This document shows, in pieces, positions 8,983 through 18,299 of a stretch of DNA of 64,000 bases (position 1 is the stretch's first letter; every line of letters begins with the position of its first letter). The DNA lies in IMG/VR virus record IMGVR_UViG_3300036766_000416, positions 114,610 through 178,609 of that record; one strand, given 5' to 3'. Made by a program: the position numbers and the translations under genes. Under the pieces are notes generated by a model. It saw nothing but the letters and a program-made list of their open reading frames with translations. It was not told the origin of the DNA and made no database searches. The stretch comes from a virus.

Positions 8983-9246
8983 ATGAACAAAGCACTCATC
9001 CCTGTCAATTCAGTTGTCACCCACCTCAGCAAGTATGGCATGAAGAAACAAGCCGGACTCGTTGTGGCTGATGCCGGGACCAAGTATGGTCGGCAGTATG
9101 TTTGGGTGTCGTGGGTCGCCCCTAAGACTCTCGTGGTCATGCAGACCGCCTTTTGGACCCAGGTTTTGAGGGTTTCCGACCAGACTGCCCAAGAATTTAT
9201 TAAACAGACAGCAAAATCAATGAGTTACGCCGAGAATAGGGCTTGA
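8983..9246 (+). CDS. Hypothetical protein, probably leaderless
   Basis: 87 aa ORF between two promoters; no SD. Confidence 0.6.
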   Translation: MNKALIPVNSVVTHLSKYGMKKQAGLVVADAGTKYGRQYVWVSWVAPKTLVVMQTAFWTQVLRVSDQTAQEFIKQTAKSMSYAENRA

Positions 9247-9270
9247 CATTCCGGTAGGATATGATAGAAT
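9243..9270 (+). promoter_or_regulatory. sigma70-type early promoter
   Basis: TTGACA, 16 nt, TG-extended TAGAAT. Confidence 0.65.
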
Positions 9271-9276
9271 TAAGAC

Positions 9277-11739
9277 GTGGATAAGAGAGAAAACCTAGAG
9301 ACCAAAAAAAGCATGTTTACCGTTGAAACCAAGAGTATGCTCGCCAAGCTGATGGCCGCTGAGAATATCAAAGTTGAGCACCGAGTCTGCAAGACCGCTA
9401 GCTTCAACCTCAAGACCCGCACGTTGACCTGCCCGATCTGGAACAATATGTCAGGCGACCTCTATGACCTACTGATGGGGCATGAGGTTTCTCACGCCAA
9501 GAACACTCCGATGAACGGATGGCACGATTCTGTAGTCTATGCCGGGGGTGACAAAAAAGCCTCTGCGATGGCACAGAAAGCCTTCAAGAACTTCCTCAAT
9601 GTCGTTGAGGATGCCCGTATCGAAAAGCTGATCAAGCGAACCTACCCCGGGCTCCGACAACCAATGATCCGGGCCTACAAGGAATTGGTCGCCAAAGACT
9701 TTTTTGGACTGTCTGCAATCTCGGACTTCAATGAACTGTATCTGATCGACCGCTTGAACCTCGCTGCGAAGTGCGGGTCATCGCTCAATATTCGATTCTC
9801 GAAAAAAGAACAACCCCTCTATGATGAAATGATGACCCTGGAGACCTGGGATCAAGTTGTGGCCCTTGCGAAAAAACTCTACAAGCATAGTGTCGATGAG
9901 CAAAAAGATGGCGAGCAAAAAAAGAAAGAGTTAGCCGATCACCTCAAGGATTCTTTACAGGATCAAGATGAGGGCGAGGATGGAGAAGAGGGAGAAGAAT
10001 CTGATTGGGATGAGGATTATGATTCTGAGGAAACTGAGGATGGGGACCGCAATGAAACGGGTTCCGATGACCTCGATTCTGATGAAGAAGATCCTGATTC
10101 TGAGAAAGCTGATGGTCAGGATAGTGACGCCGAGGGCGAAGATGCCGATGGCGACAAAGAAGAAAAGGCCGACGATAAGACCACCAAGAAGTCGAAGGAC
10201 GAGGGTGAGGGAAACCGAACCAAGGATTCTGACAAGAAACCTGCCGGAAACAAGAGCGACGGGGAGGGTGCTGGGCAGCAAGAAACGACTCAGGACCAGG
10301 AATTTATTCCCAAAGCGAAAACCGACGAGTCATTCCGTAACATGGAGCAAAATCTTGTCGCGGATAGCAATGTGGTCCCAATGGACGTCATTATCCCGAC
10401 CCCGAACCTCAAGGACCTTGTGGCCCCCGCTGCTGTAGTCAATAAGGGTCTCACGTCGTTCTATGCTGGATACCGAGCCAAGGGTATTCAACTGCTGAAC
10501 GAATTCAAGAAAAAGAACGAGGATTATATCTCATTGCTCGCCAAAGAGTTCGAGATGAAGAAAGCTGCGCGGTCCTACGCGAAAGCAAAAATTTCCGACA
10601 CTGGGGATATCAATGTCAACAAGCTTGCGAACTATAAGTTGGAAGACAATATGTTCAAAAAACTCATGGTGGTCCACAAAGGAAAGTCACATGGGCTTGT
10701 ATTGATCCTGGACAAGTCTGGGTCGATGTCCGAGCATATCAAAGGGGCCATGGAGCAGATTCTTGTGATGGCACTCTTCTGCAGAAAAGTCAATATCCCG
10801 TTCGTGGCGTATAGCTTCAGTGACAATGTAGGATCTGCTCGCAGCCACGATTTTCCTGGGCGAGAGGTATATTCACCGAACCCCCTGAAGCCGTTCAGCA
10901 CCAAAGAGGGTGAGATGTTCATGGGAAACCTCGACCTTCGGGAGATGTTCAATTCGAAGATGCCCGCGCACGAATTTACGCAAGCGATTGCCAATCACCT
11001 GTTATTGTTGAATGGATTCAAGGGACGAGACGGCATGGGTATCCCTGAGCACGAACGAATGGGTTCGACGCCGCTCAATGAGGCGTTGGTCGCCTTGAGA
11101 GACATGATCCGAAACTTCAAGAAAGCTCATCGCCTGGACATTGTGAATGCCATCGTGGTACATGACGGAGATTCTGACGGGAACAGGGAAGTGCATGGAC
11201 CTACTCAGAATTCTAGCTGGCAGAGAAAACGGTTTGACCCTCAGCATATGCGAGTAACCCTGATCGACCACAAAGAACACCTGCGCGTGGACGTGCCCAA
11301 GGATTATCGGGGCGTGACCATTGCCCTGATGAAGTGGGTTCAAATGACCGCCGATTGCGGGGTCTTTGGATTCTTCATCACCGGGAACACCGCCAAGAGT
11401 GCCAAGCGTGGAATCATGGGTCTCTATCAGAACAAACAAGGGATCAGAATGAAGTTCGGCGGTCGCCTGGATCAACCTGTGGCCGACCAAATGATCTTGC
11501 TGGACAAGCTCGCCAAGGAAGTGATCGAGCATAAATTTCTCGAATCCTACTCTGACGGCTATACGCGATTCTATTTCATCCCAGGCTCAACGGAATTGCA
11601 GACCAGCAATGACACCATGGTGATTCATGGGGGCAAGTGGACCCCTTTCCGCCTCCTGGCCGCCTTCAAAAAGGTACACCAGAAGCGCCGAGTGAGTAGG
11701 GTTTTAGTCAATCGCTTCATTGAACTGATGAGCGTCTAG
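9277..11739 (+). CDS. HExxH metallopeptidase-like plus vWA protein (CobT-like partner of a MoxR AAA)
   Basis: GHEVSH and NVVEDARIE in the N-domain; long D/E-rich linker; LILDKSGSMS MIDAS motif; STPLNEAL; HDGDSD. Confidence 0.8.
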   Translation: MDKRENLETKKSMFTVETKSMLAKLMAAENIKVEHRVCKTASFNLKTRTLTCPIWNNMSGDLYDLLMGHEVSHAKNTPMNGWHDSVVYAGGDKKASAMAQKAFKNFLNVVEDARIEKLIKRTYPGLRQPMIRAYKELVAKDFFGLSAISDFNELYLIDRLNLAAKCGSSLNIRFSKKEQPLYDEMMTLETWDQVVALAKKLYKHSVDEQKDGEQKKKELADHLKDSLQDQDEGEDGEEGEESDWDEDYDSEETEDGDRNETGSDDLDSDEEDPDSEKADGQDSDAEGEDADGDKEEKADDKTTKKSKDEGEGNRTKDSDKKPAGNKSDGEGAGQQETTQDQEFIPKAKTDESFRNMEQNLVADSNVVPMDVIIPTPNLKDLVAPAAVVNKGLTSFYAGYRAKGIQLLNEFKKKNEDYISLLAKEFEMKKAARSYAKAKISDTGDINVNKLANYKLEDNMFKKLMVVHKGKSHGLVLILDKSGSMSEHIKGAMEQILVMALFCRKVNIPFVAYSFSDNVGSARSHDFPGREVYSPNPLKPFSTKEGEMFMGNLDLREMFNSKMPAHEFTQAIANHLLLLNGFKGRDGMGIPEHERMGSTPLNEALVALRDMIRNFKKAHRLDIVNAIVVHDGDSDGNREVHGPTQNSSWQRKRFDPQHMRVTLIDHKEHLRVDVPKDYRGVTIALMKWVQMTADCGVFGFFITGNTAKSAKRGIMGLYQNKQGIRMKFGGRLDQPVADQMILLDKLAKEVIEHKFLESYSDGYTRFYFIPGSTELQTSNDTMVIHGGKWTPFRLLAAFKKVHQKRRVSRVLVNRFIELMSV

Positions 11740-11809
11740 AATGCCCTCCAAGGGGTCCAAAAAGAGTGGGTATGCTAGGACATTGGTGCCCACTCAATCG
11801 ACCCTCCTG

Positions 11810-11830
11810 GACCCTTTGCGGGGGTCGTTT
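11810..11830 (+). terminator. Possible intrinsic terminator
   Basis: GACCCTT-TGC-GGGGGTC hairpin followed by GTTT; short U tract. Confidence 0.35.
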
Positions 11831-11878
11831 GAGTGTTCAAAAGTGGACATTATAAACCTCTAATGTGGCTCATAGAAC

Positions 11879-11907
11879 TTGACAGGGACCTCGGTGTTTG
11901 ATAGAAT
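11879..11907 (+). promoter_or_regulatory. sigma70-type early promoter
   Basis: TTGACA, 17 nt, TG-extended TAGAAT. Confidence 0.7.
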
Positions 11908-11954
11908 TAGATCATGGATAGCAGAGAAAACCAACTAATTGGGAGTGACAGATA

Positions 11955-13178
11955 ATGAGCGCCAGAAGTGAAAGCCGTGAAAAGTTCCTAGCCCTGTTGA
12001 TTGCGACCGGAAAAGCGACCGTGACCACCAAGGAATTACTGGACCTGTGCGAAGCGAACGACCTCAAGGAACCTCAGTGGTTTACCAAGGACACCGCGAA
12101 CCGAGCGGGGCGTGGTCAGTTTCTCGTGCCGAATGGGGCTGTGCCAGTCTCATCGAAATTCAGTGCCCCTGCCCTCGAACCGAAAATTGTGGAAGAAGAA
12201 GTGGTGGCCTTTCAACCCCTCACGGGCAAACCGAAACCCCGGGTTATCTCCGTCGTGACCGACCTTGAGGACCAGGGTATTGTTCCCATCAAGTATAAAA
12301 ATTATGTACCCTTTGGCAACTTTGAGGACCTCAAGTCTATCATCGTTTCTCGCCAATTCTACCCTGTGTTCATCACGGGCCCTTCTGGTAATGGGAAGTC
12401 TATGTCCGTGGAGCAAGTTTGCGCCCTACTGGGGCGCGAGTATGTTTGCGTTTCCATGACCCCTGAGACCGATGAGGGTGACCTTCTCGGAAACTACATT
12501 CTTCTCGATAATCAGATGGTCTGGCGTGACGGTGCCGTGACAACGGCCGCTCGCCGTGGGGCTGTCTTGTGCATCGACGAGATTGACTACGGAGCCCAGA
12601 ACCTTTCGTGCCTCCAGAGAGTCTTGGAAGGGAAGCCATTCTTACTGAAAAAGAAGGGTGAGATTGTCACTCCGGCGCCTGGATTCCAGATTATTGCGAC
12701 CGCTAACACCAAAGGAAAAGGTTCTGAGGATGGTCGCTACATGTTCACCAACGTGCTCAACGAGGCCTTCCTTGAGCGATTTCCCATCACCTTCGAGCAA
12801 GAGTGGGCACCTCAGGTGGTTGAGCGGAAAATTATCAAGAAAGAACTGGAAGCCGCGGGTCGGGGCGATGATGAGTTTGCCAATCACCTCGTGATCTGGG
12901 CTTCTACAATTCGCAAAGCCTACGATGAGGAGGGTGCGTCAAGTGAAGTGATTTCCACTAGACGACTCGTTCACATTGCCAGAGCGTATCCGATCTTCGG
13001 TGGTGACAGACTCAAGGCAATTCGGTATTGTCTAAACCGCTTTGACGAAGAAACAAAAAAAAGTTTCATAGATTTATATTCAAAGGTCGATTCGAGCATA
13101 GTTATACAAAATACTATGGCAGGTGAAGGCACTCAAGACGGATCGGAGAATACAACACAAGAGCCTGTCACTGTCTAA
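11955..13178 (+). CDS. MoxR/CobS-like AAA+ ATPase of T4-like phages
   Basis: GPSGNGKS Walker A, LCIDEID Walker B, ATANTKG, LNEAFLERF, ISTRRL. Confidence 0.85.
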   Translation: MSARSESREKFLALLIATGKATVTTKELLDLCEANDLKEPQWFTKDTANRAGRGQFLVPNGAVPVSSKFSAPALEPKIVEEEVVAFQPLTGKPKPRVISVVTDLEDQGIVPIKYKNYVPFGNFEDLKSIIVSRQFYPVFITGPSGNGKSMSVEQVCALLGREYVCVSMTPETDEGDLLGNYILLDNQMVWRDGAVTTAARRGAVLCIDEIDYGAQNLSCLQRVLEGKPFLLKKKGEIVTPAPGFQIIATANTKGKGSEDGRYMFTNVLNEAFLERFPITFEQEWAPQVVERKIIKKELEAAGRGDDEFANHLVIWASTIRKAYDEEGASSEVISTRRLVHIARAYPIFGGDRLKAIRYCLNRFDEETKKSFIDLYSKVDSSIVIQNTMAGEGTQDGSENTTQEPVTV

Positions 13179-13249
13179 ACCGACAACGATCAAAATGCCA
13201 ACGGGTCATGGTATTACTACCACTGAGTATCTTGGTAGCGAAATAGTTC

Positions 13250-13278
13250 TTGACAATCCACCGAAATTATGTTATCAT
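13250..13278 (+). promoter_or_regulatory. sigma70-type promoter
   Basis: TTGACA, 17 nt, TG-extended TATCAT. Confidence 0.65.
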
Positions 13279-13364
13279 AGTCCTCAATCGTGCGAGGTTC
13301 TTTGTGAGCCAGCACAGGGAATGGGGCGACCTCTTTTTCGTCCCAATTATAGTGAGGTGTTCCT

Positions 13365-13661
13365 ATGAGTCATGTTTCAGCAAAGTCACGCATTCTCGCA
13401 TTCTTGTCCAAGACCACAGGGTACAACACCCTCAGCGTCAAGCAAGCTCGCGCCCGTTTTGGTATCCAGAACGTGTCTGCCCGCATCGCCCAGCTTCGGC
13501 AAGAAGGCTACTCAATCTACACCAATAAGTGCACCCACGGCGCCAAGGGTTATGAGTACCGCCTCGGCCGTCCTTCCAAATCATTCATCGCCAAGTGCGA
13601 AATGAATGGTGTGGTCGCCAAGGGTCCTGAAGCACTTCAGACAAACCAGAGCGCGTTCTAA
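13365..13661 (+). CDS. Small winged-HTH DNA-binding protein
   Basis: ILAFL..TLSVKQA...NVSARIAQLRQEGYSI..YRLG. Confidence 0.65.
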   Translation: MSHVSAKSRILAFLSKTTGYNTLSVKQARARFGIQNVSARIAQLRQEGYSIYTNKCTHGAKGYEYRLGRPSKSFIAKCEMNGVVAKGPEALQTNQSAF

Positions 13662-13687
13662 TTCCAGAACGTTTCGCTCTGCAATAC

Positions 13688-13720
13688 AGCGGAGGTCCTC
13701 TTTACGGGGTCCTCCGCTTT
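13688..13720 (+). terminator. Intrinsic terminator-like hairpin
   Basis: AGCGGAGG-T-CCTC/TTTAC/GGGG-T-CCTCCGCT followed by TT. Confidence 0.55.
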
Positions 13721-13740
13721 CGTCCGGTCTTGGAGGCACT

Positions 13741-14193
13741 GTGGATTATCGAAAATGGGACCTCAGGTTCATTGAACTCGCCAAACACGTTTCTCTGTGG
13801 AGCAAAGACCCAAGCACCCAAGTCGGTGCTGTCGTGGTCGATAGAAAGAACCGGGTACTCAGTCTAGGGTATAATGGGTTCCCTCGTGGGGTCAAGGATA
13901 CCGATGAACGACTCAACAACCGTGACGTCAAGTATTCCATAGTCGTCCATGCGGAAATCAATGCGCTGATCTTTGCCACACAACCCCTCGAAGATACCAC
14001 TCTCTACCTGTGGCCGTTTCTTTCGTGCTCTAGTTGCACCTCTATCATCATCAACGCAGGCGTCAAACGAGTCGTGGCCCCTGTAAGCCATAATCCCCGT
14101 TGGCTAGACTCCATCACCCTGAGCCAAACACTCTACCATGAAGCTGGTGTTCAGGTTGTGCTCATTCCCATGTTTGACAAGATGACTACATAA
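13741..14193 (+). CDS. cd: dCMP deaminase (GTG start 13741)
   Basis: SKDPSTQVGAV, GYNGFP, HAEINA, SCSSC zinc ligands; GGAGG RBS. Confidence 0.9.
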   Translation: MDYRKWDLRFIELAKHVSLWSKDPSTQVGAVVVDRKNRVLSLGYNGFPRGVKDTDERLNNRDVKYSIVVHAEINALIFATQPLEDTTLYLWPFLSCSSCTSIIINAGVKRVVAPVSHNPRWLDSITLSQTLYHEAGVQVVLIPMFDKMTT

Positions 14194-14224
14194 GAGTATG
14201 ACTTTATTATAGGGAGGGTTTGAA

Positions 14225-15019
14225 GTGGAAATAAAAATTGACATCGAAGTTCTACACAAGAACAAAATCTTCATCGCAACACCGATGTATGGTGGACAAT
14301 GCTGCGGTATGTATATGAAAAGTTGTCTGGACCTCCAGACCATTTTTCAGCAATACGGAATCCCCTCCAGGTTCTCCTTCATTTTCAACGAATCACTCAT
14401 CACCAGGGCCCGCAATTACCTCGTCGACGAATTTCTCAGAACCGACTTCACCCACCTCTTGTTTCTCGATGCTGACATTCACTTCAACCCTCAAGATATT
14501 ATTGCCATGCTCGCGCTGGACAAGGACGTGATCGGTGCCCCATACCCCAAAAAAGCCTTGAACTGGCACAACATCGCTAAGGCTGCTCGCAATCACCCAG
14601 AGCTTGACCCCAAGGAACTTGAGAACGTCGTGGGTGACTATGTGTTCAATGTGGTCAAGGGTACTGAAAAATTTCAGGTCTCGGAGCCTCTGGAGGTCAT
14701 GGAAATCGGTACAGGCTACATGCTCGTCAAGCGCGAGGTATTTGCGAAGTTTGCTGAGGCCTATCCGCAACTCAAATACCGGCCAGACCATGTTGGACAA
14801 AAAAACTTTGACGGCACTCGATACATACACGCATATTTTGATACAGTGATCGACCCACAGAGCGAACGGTACCTCTCAGAGGACTACATGTTCTGTCAGT
14901 GGTACCGCGCGATTGGTGGACACATCTGGTTGTGCCCATGGGTCCAGACGCAGCATGTAGGGACATACGCCTTCACCGGTAACATGGCGAAGATCGCCGA
15001 TCTCACAGGGAGTCTGTAA
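14225..15019 (+). CDS. GT-A fold glycosyltransferase-like protein common in T4-like phages
   Basis: IFIATPMYGG, ESLITRARN, LLFLDADI (DxD), YLSEDYMFC. Confidence 0.7.
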   Translation: MEIKIDIEVLHKNKIFIATPMYGGQCCGMYMKSCLDLQTIFQQYGIPSRFSFIFNESLITRARNYLVDEFLRTDFTHLLFLDADIHFNPQDIIAMLALDKDVIGAPYPKKALNWHNIAKAARNHPELDPKELENVVGDYVFNVVKGTEKFQVSEPLEVMEIGTGYMLVKREVFAKFAEAYPQLKYRPDHVGQKNFDGTRYIHAYFDTVIDPQSERYLSEDYMFCQWYRAIGGHIWLCPWVQTQHVGTYAFTGNMAKIADLTGSL

Positions 15020-15020
15020 C

Positions 15021-15425
15021 ATGAGATTCTTCACATACCTTCTCGGTGGTCTCTTACTGGGCCTCATTCTCGCACTCGTGGTCACCACATTTGCATCGGA
15101 AACTATCCAAGTGTGTACCGCAACAGACGGTAGCATAACATACACCAACAAGAACCAACGGGGTTGCTCCGCGGTGACACTACCAGAACTCTCGGTCATC
15201 CCCACACGAAACATTCCTGTGGTTCCTCTCTCCCCCCAAGTGTCGGTCACTGAGGAGAAGGCTCCGTCAGTCAACGATGGTATCTGTGCGCTCTATGAGG
15301 AATGGATGACCCTCGCGTCAAGAACACTAGGTGGCTTCGCACACAACACCATTCAAGATACCCAACGTCGTCTGGTACTCGTTCAATTATTTGGTGGTGG
15401 GTTTGCTCCAAATTCATGTCACTGA
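15021..15425 (+). CDS. Secreted or membrane-anchored small protein (DUF4124-like)
   Basis: Hydrophobic signal, then IQVCTATDGSITYTN..C. Confidence 0.45.
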   Translation: MRFFTYLLGGLLLGLILALVVTTFASETIQVCTATDGSITYTNKNQRGCSAVTLPELSVIPTRNIPVVPLSPQVSVTEEKAPSVNDGICALYEEWMTLASRTLGGFAHNTIQDTQRRLVLVQLFGGGFAPNSCH

Positions 15426-15434
15426 AAGGTTCTC

Positions 15435-15884
15435 GTGATCCATAAACACCACATAATTCCTGTTCATGCGGGAGGGTCAGATGATCTCTCGAATATCAAG
15501 GAAGTAACCATTGCGGAACATGCAGAAGAACATCGGTTGCTCTGGAAACAATACGGTCGATACCAGGATTGGTGTGCGTGGAAGGGATTATCTGCTAAAA
15601 TAGGGCGAGAAGAGATTTATAGTATCATAGCAAAAATAAATGGGAGACTTGGGGGTCTGTCGCTAAAAGGAAAACCAAAATCAGAGGAACACAAGAAAAA
15701 GATTTTATCCCTCAAACAAGCATTTAGAAAAGGTGATGCCCCTTGGAACAAAGGAAAAACTTCGAATCAAGAAACCAGAGATAAAATATCAAGGTCTTTA
15801 ACAGGCAAGAAACAATCACAGAAAACCATTCAAAAGAGAGCAACATCAAATAGTCATCCGAGAGGAAAATACAAAAAAGGATAA
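15435..15884 (+). CDS. Free-standing HNH homing endonuclease
   Basis: HKHHIIP..GGSDD.SN...EHAEEH; NUMOD3 repeats (KSEEHKKKI, PWNKGK). Confidence 0.8.
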   Translation: MIHKHHIIPVHAGGSDDLSNIKEVTIAEHAEEHRLLWKQYGRYQDWCAWKGLSAKIGREEIYSIIAKINGRLGGLSLKGKPKSEEHKKKILSLKQAFRKGDAPWNKGKTSNQETRDKISRSLTGKKQSQKTIQKRATSNSHPRGKYKKG

Positions 15885-15898
15885 AGGGAGATTATATC

Positions 15899-16519
15899 AT
15901 GTTCATTGGTTTGGTTGGGTTTATAGGGTCGGGCAAAGGAAGTGTCGGTGACATTCTCAGCAATGATTTTGGGTACACTCAGGATTCCTTTGCGAAGCCT
16001 CTCAAAGACGCAGTGACGGCCATCTTTGGATGGGACCGACAGAAGCTTGAAGGTAACACACACGAGTCTCGACAGTGGCGCGAACAACCCTGTGAGTTCT
16101 GGTCCAAACAATTCGGGTACCCCTTTACACCGAGACTGGCTCTACAACTCATGGGTACCGAAGCAGGGCGCAACGTGTTTCACCCAGACCTCTGGGTCAT
16201 CTCATTGCTCAATCGTAGCCAAGGCAAAAACGTTGTGGTCACCGACGTCCGATTCAAGAACGAGGTTGCTGCAGTCCACAACGCAGGTGGCTTGGTGATT
16301 CGAGTGCGCCGAGGCCTCGAACCATTGTGGTACAAGACTGCGCTGCTCGCAAACGGTGGCGACAAAGAAGCCATCAACACAATGGAGAAATCTGGTGTCC
16401 ACCAAAGCGAACATGATTGGATCGGCTCCCACGTTGACGTGACCATCGACAATGACGGTACTCTTGCAGACCTTCGAGAAAAAATAACCGGGGTGCTCTT
16501 GACAACCGGCACGAAGTAG
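15899..16519 (+). CDS. 1: Deoxynucleoside monophosphate kinase (gp1-like)
   Basis: GFIGSGKG, SFAKPLKD, RLALQLMGTE, VTDVRFKNE. Confidence 0.9.
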   Translation: MFIGLVGFIGSGKGSVGDILSNDFGYTQDSFAKPLKDAVTAIFGWDRQKLEGNTHESRQWREQPCEFWSKQFGYPFTPRLALQLMGTEAGRNVFHPDLWVISLLNRSQGKNVVVTDVRFKNEVAAVHNAGGLVIRVRRGLEPLWYKTALLANGGDKEAINTMEKSGVHQSEHDWIGSHVDVTIDNDGTLADLREKITGVLLTTGTK

Positions 16520-16527
16520 TGTATAAT
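16499..16527 (+). promoter_or_regulatory. sigma70 consensus promoter upstream of gp45
   Basis: Perfect TTGACA-17-TATAAT. Confidence 0.8.
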
Positions 16528-16571
16528 CAATTCAGTCGTCACCATGTTACATCATTCACCTGTGAGGCTTT

Positions 16572-17252
16572 ATGAAACTTAGCGAAAACACCGTCAACGT
16601 GCTCAGGAATTTCTCCACCATCAATACCGCTCTCTGGTTCAAAGGTGGTAATGTTTTGCGAACCATCAGCCCGTTCAAAACGGTACTTGCGGAAGCCGTG
16701 ATCGACGAAACGATATCCTCGGACTTTGGGGTGTACGACTTGCATCAACTTCTCAGTATCCTCTCACTGTACCAGGATACCCCAGAGGTCACGGTAGATG
16801 GCAACAACCTCGTGATCCAAGGTCACGGTGGTCGTAGCAAGATCACCTATCGCTGCTGCGATTCCACGATGATCAAGACACCACCCGACAAGGAAATCAA
16901 GCTTCCCTCAGAAGACCTGTCGTTCCTACTGACAGAAACAGACCTTGAGTGGGTCATGAAGTCTGCCAGTGTGCTCGCCAATCCCCATATCGCCGTCGTA
17001 GGTGACGGGAGCAAGCTGGTGCTGCGAACCTTGGATGCCTCCAACGACTCAGCACACACTGATACCCTGGACATTGGACCCCATACGGGAACCCCCGTCA
17101 AATTCGTGTTCAAGACCGAAAACTGGAAGTTCCTACGTGGGACCTATGCAGTGACCGCCTCGAACAAGAGTGCCACGACCGGGGTAGCCAAGTTCCAGAA
17201 TCAAGCTCGCAAGATCGTCTACTTCGTAGCAATTGAAGGACAGACCAAGTAA
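16572..17252 (+). CDS. 45: Sliding clamp gp45
   Basis: MKLSENTVNVLRNFSTIN, FGVYDL..LLS, YFVAIE; synteny 45-44-62-regA. Confidence 0.92.
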   Translation: MKLSENTVNVLRNFSTINTALWFKGGNVLRTISPFKTVLAEAVIDETISSDFGVYDLHQLLSILSLYQDTPEVTVDGNNLVIQGHGGRSKITYRCCDSTMIKTPPDKEIKLPSEDLSFLLTETDLEWVMKSASVLANPHIAVVGDGSKLVLRTLDASNDSAHTDTLDIGPHTGTPVKFVFKTENWKFLRGTYAVTASNKSATTGVAKFQNQARKIVYFVAIEGQTK

Positions 17253-17282
17253 CCCCGGCATAGTAGGAGTCCTATCACCGAT

Positions 17283-17327
17283 AAACCGCCCTCCTGAGCC
17301 CTTTCTGGCCCCTGTGGGGGTGGTTTT
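17283..17327 (+). terminator. Possible terminator hairpin after gp45
   Basis: AAACCGCCCTC pairs with GGGGGTGGTTT, then a T run. Confidence 0.4.
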
Positions 17328-17354
17328 GTCACATAGAAACAAGAGGATAGACAA

Positions 17355-18299
17355 TTGGAACCCAATCTTAGACATGCCCTGTGGACCGAACGCTATCGAC
17401 CCCTCACCGTTGAGGACTGTATTCTGCCGGACCGACTCAAGGTTCCGTTCAGGGAATACGTCAAGACCAAGACTATCCCGAACCTGTTGCTAGCGGGCAC
17501 CGCAGGTGTTGGCAAGACTACTATCGCCAAGGCGCTCTGCAACGAAATCGGGTGCGATTATCTAGTCATCAACGGTAGTGATGAATCGGGCATCGACACG
17601 TTTAGAACCAAAATAAAAAACTATGCGTCCTCACTGTCGATGACCGGAGGTCGCAAAGTCATCATCATCGATGAAAGTGATTACCTGAATCCCAACTCTA
17701 CTCAACCAGCGTTGCGTGGTGCCATGGAAGAATTTGCAGGTAACTGTTCGTTTATCTTCACAGCCAACCACAAAAACCGACTCATCGAACCACTGCACTC
17801 TCGGTGTGCCGTTGTGGAGTTTACCCTCAAGGGCACCGAGAAACAAAAGATGGCTGCGGCATTCTTCACCAGGGTCCAAGCGATTCTCAAAACTGAAACC
17901 ATTGAATATGACCAGAAAGTTCTTGCGGAACTGGTCACTAAGTATTTTCCAGATTTTCGACGGGTTTTGAATGAATTACAACGATACTCAAAGTTCGGCA
18001 AGATCGATGTTGGTATCCTGAGCCATATCGGTGACGTAGACATCACAGAGGTTGTTGGGTACCTCAAGGTCAAGGATTTTGGTTCACTGAGAAAATGGGT
18101 GGGGAGTCATACCATAGAACCGACGGTGTTATTCAGGAAAATTTATGATGGTATGTATGAAATCCTGAAGCCAGAATCTATACCTCAGGTGGTTTTGCTC
18201 CTAGCAGATTATGGGTATAAATCAGCCTTCGTGGTCGACCAGGAGATAAATACAATGGCATGTTTAGTCGAATTGATACTACAGTGTGAGTTCGTATAG
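17355..18299 (+). CDS. 44: Clamp loader large subunit gp44
   Basis: LWTERYRP, GTAGVGKTT, IIDESD, PLHSRC. Confidence 0.95.
   Translation: MEPNLRHALWTERYRPLTVEDCILPDRLKVPFREYVKTKTIPNLLLAGTAGVGKTTIAKALCNEIGCDYLVINGSDESGIDTFRTKIKNYASSLSMTGGRKVIIIDESDYLNPNSTQPALRGAMEEFAGNCSFIFTANHKNRLIEPLHSRCAVVEFTLKGTEKQKMAAAFFTRVQAILKTETIEYDQKVLAELVTKYFPDFRRVLNELQRYSKFGKIDVGILSHIGDVDITEVVGYLKVKDFGSLRKWVGSHTIEPTVLFRKIYDGMYEILKPESIPQVVLLLADYGYKSAFVVDQEINTMACLVELILQCEFV

Noticed and set aside
9960-10310. GAT/GAG-rich stretch as a repeat array or CRISPR
   Set aside because: It is low-complexity acidic coding sequence with no fixed repeat-spacer period. No CRISPR array was seen anywhere in the window.
11741-11863. 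40 aa ORF in the vWA-AAA gap
   Set aside because: No RBS or recognisable features; it coincides with the hairpin region and is probably incidental.
11955-13178. CobS as a cobalamin-synthesis auxiliary metabolic gene linked to nrdJ
   Set aside because: Motifs show only a MoxR-type AAA with a vWA partner; no CobN or other cob genes are in the window.
14174-14202. Promoter TTGACA-17-TATGAC
   Set aside because: The -10 box lacks the conserved final T and lies partly in coding sequence.
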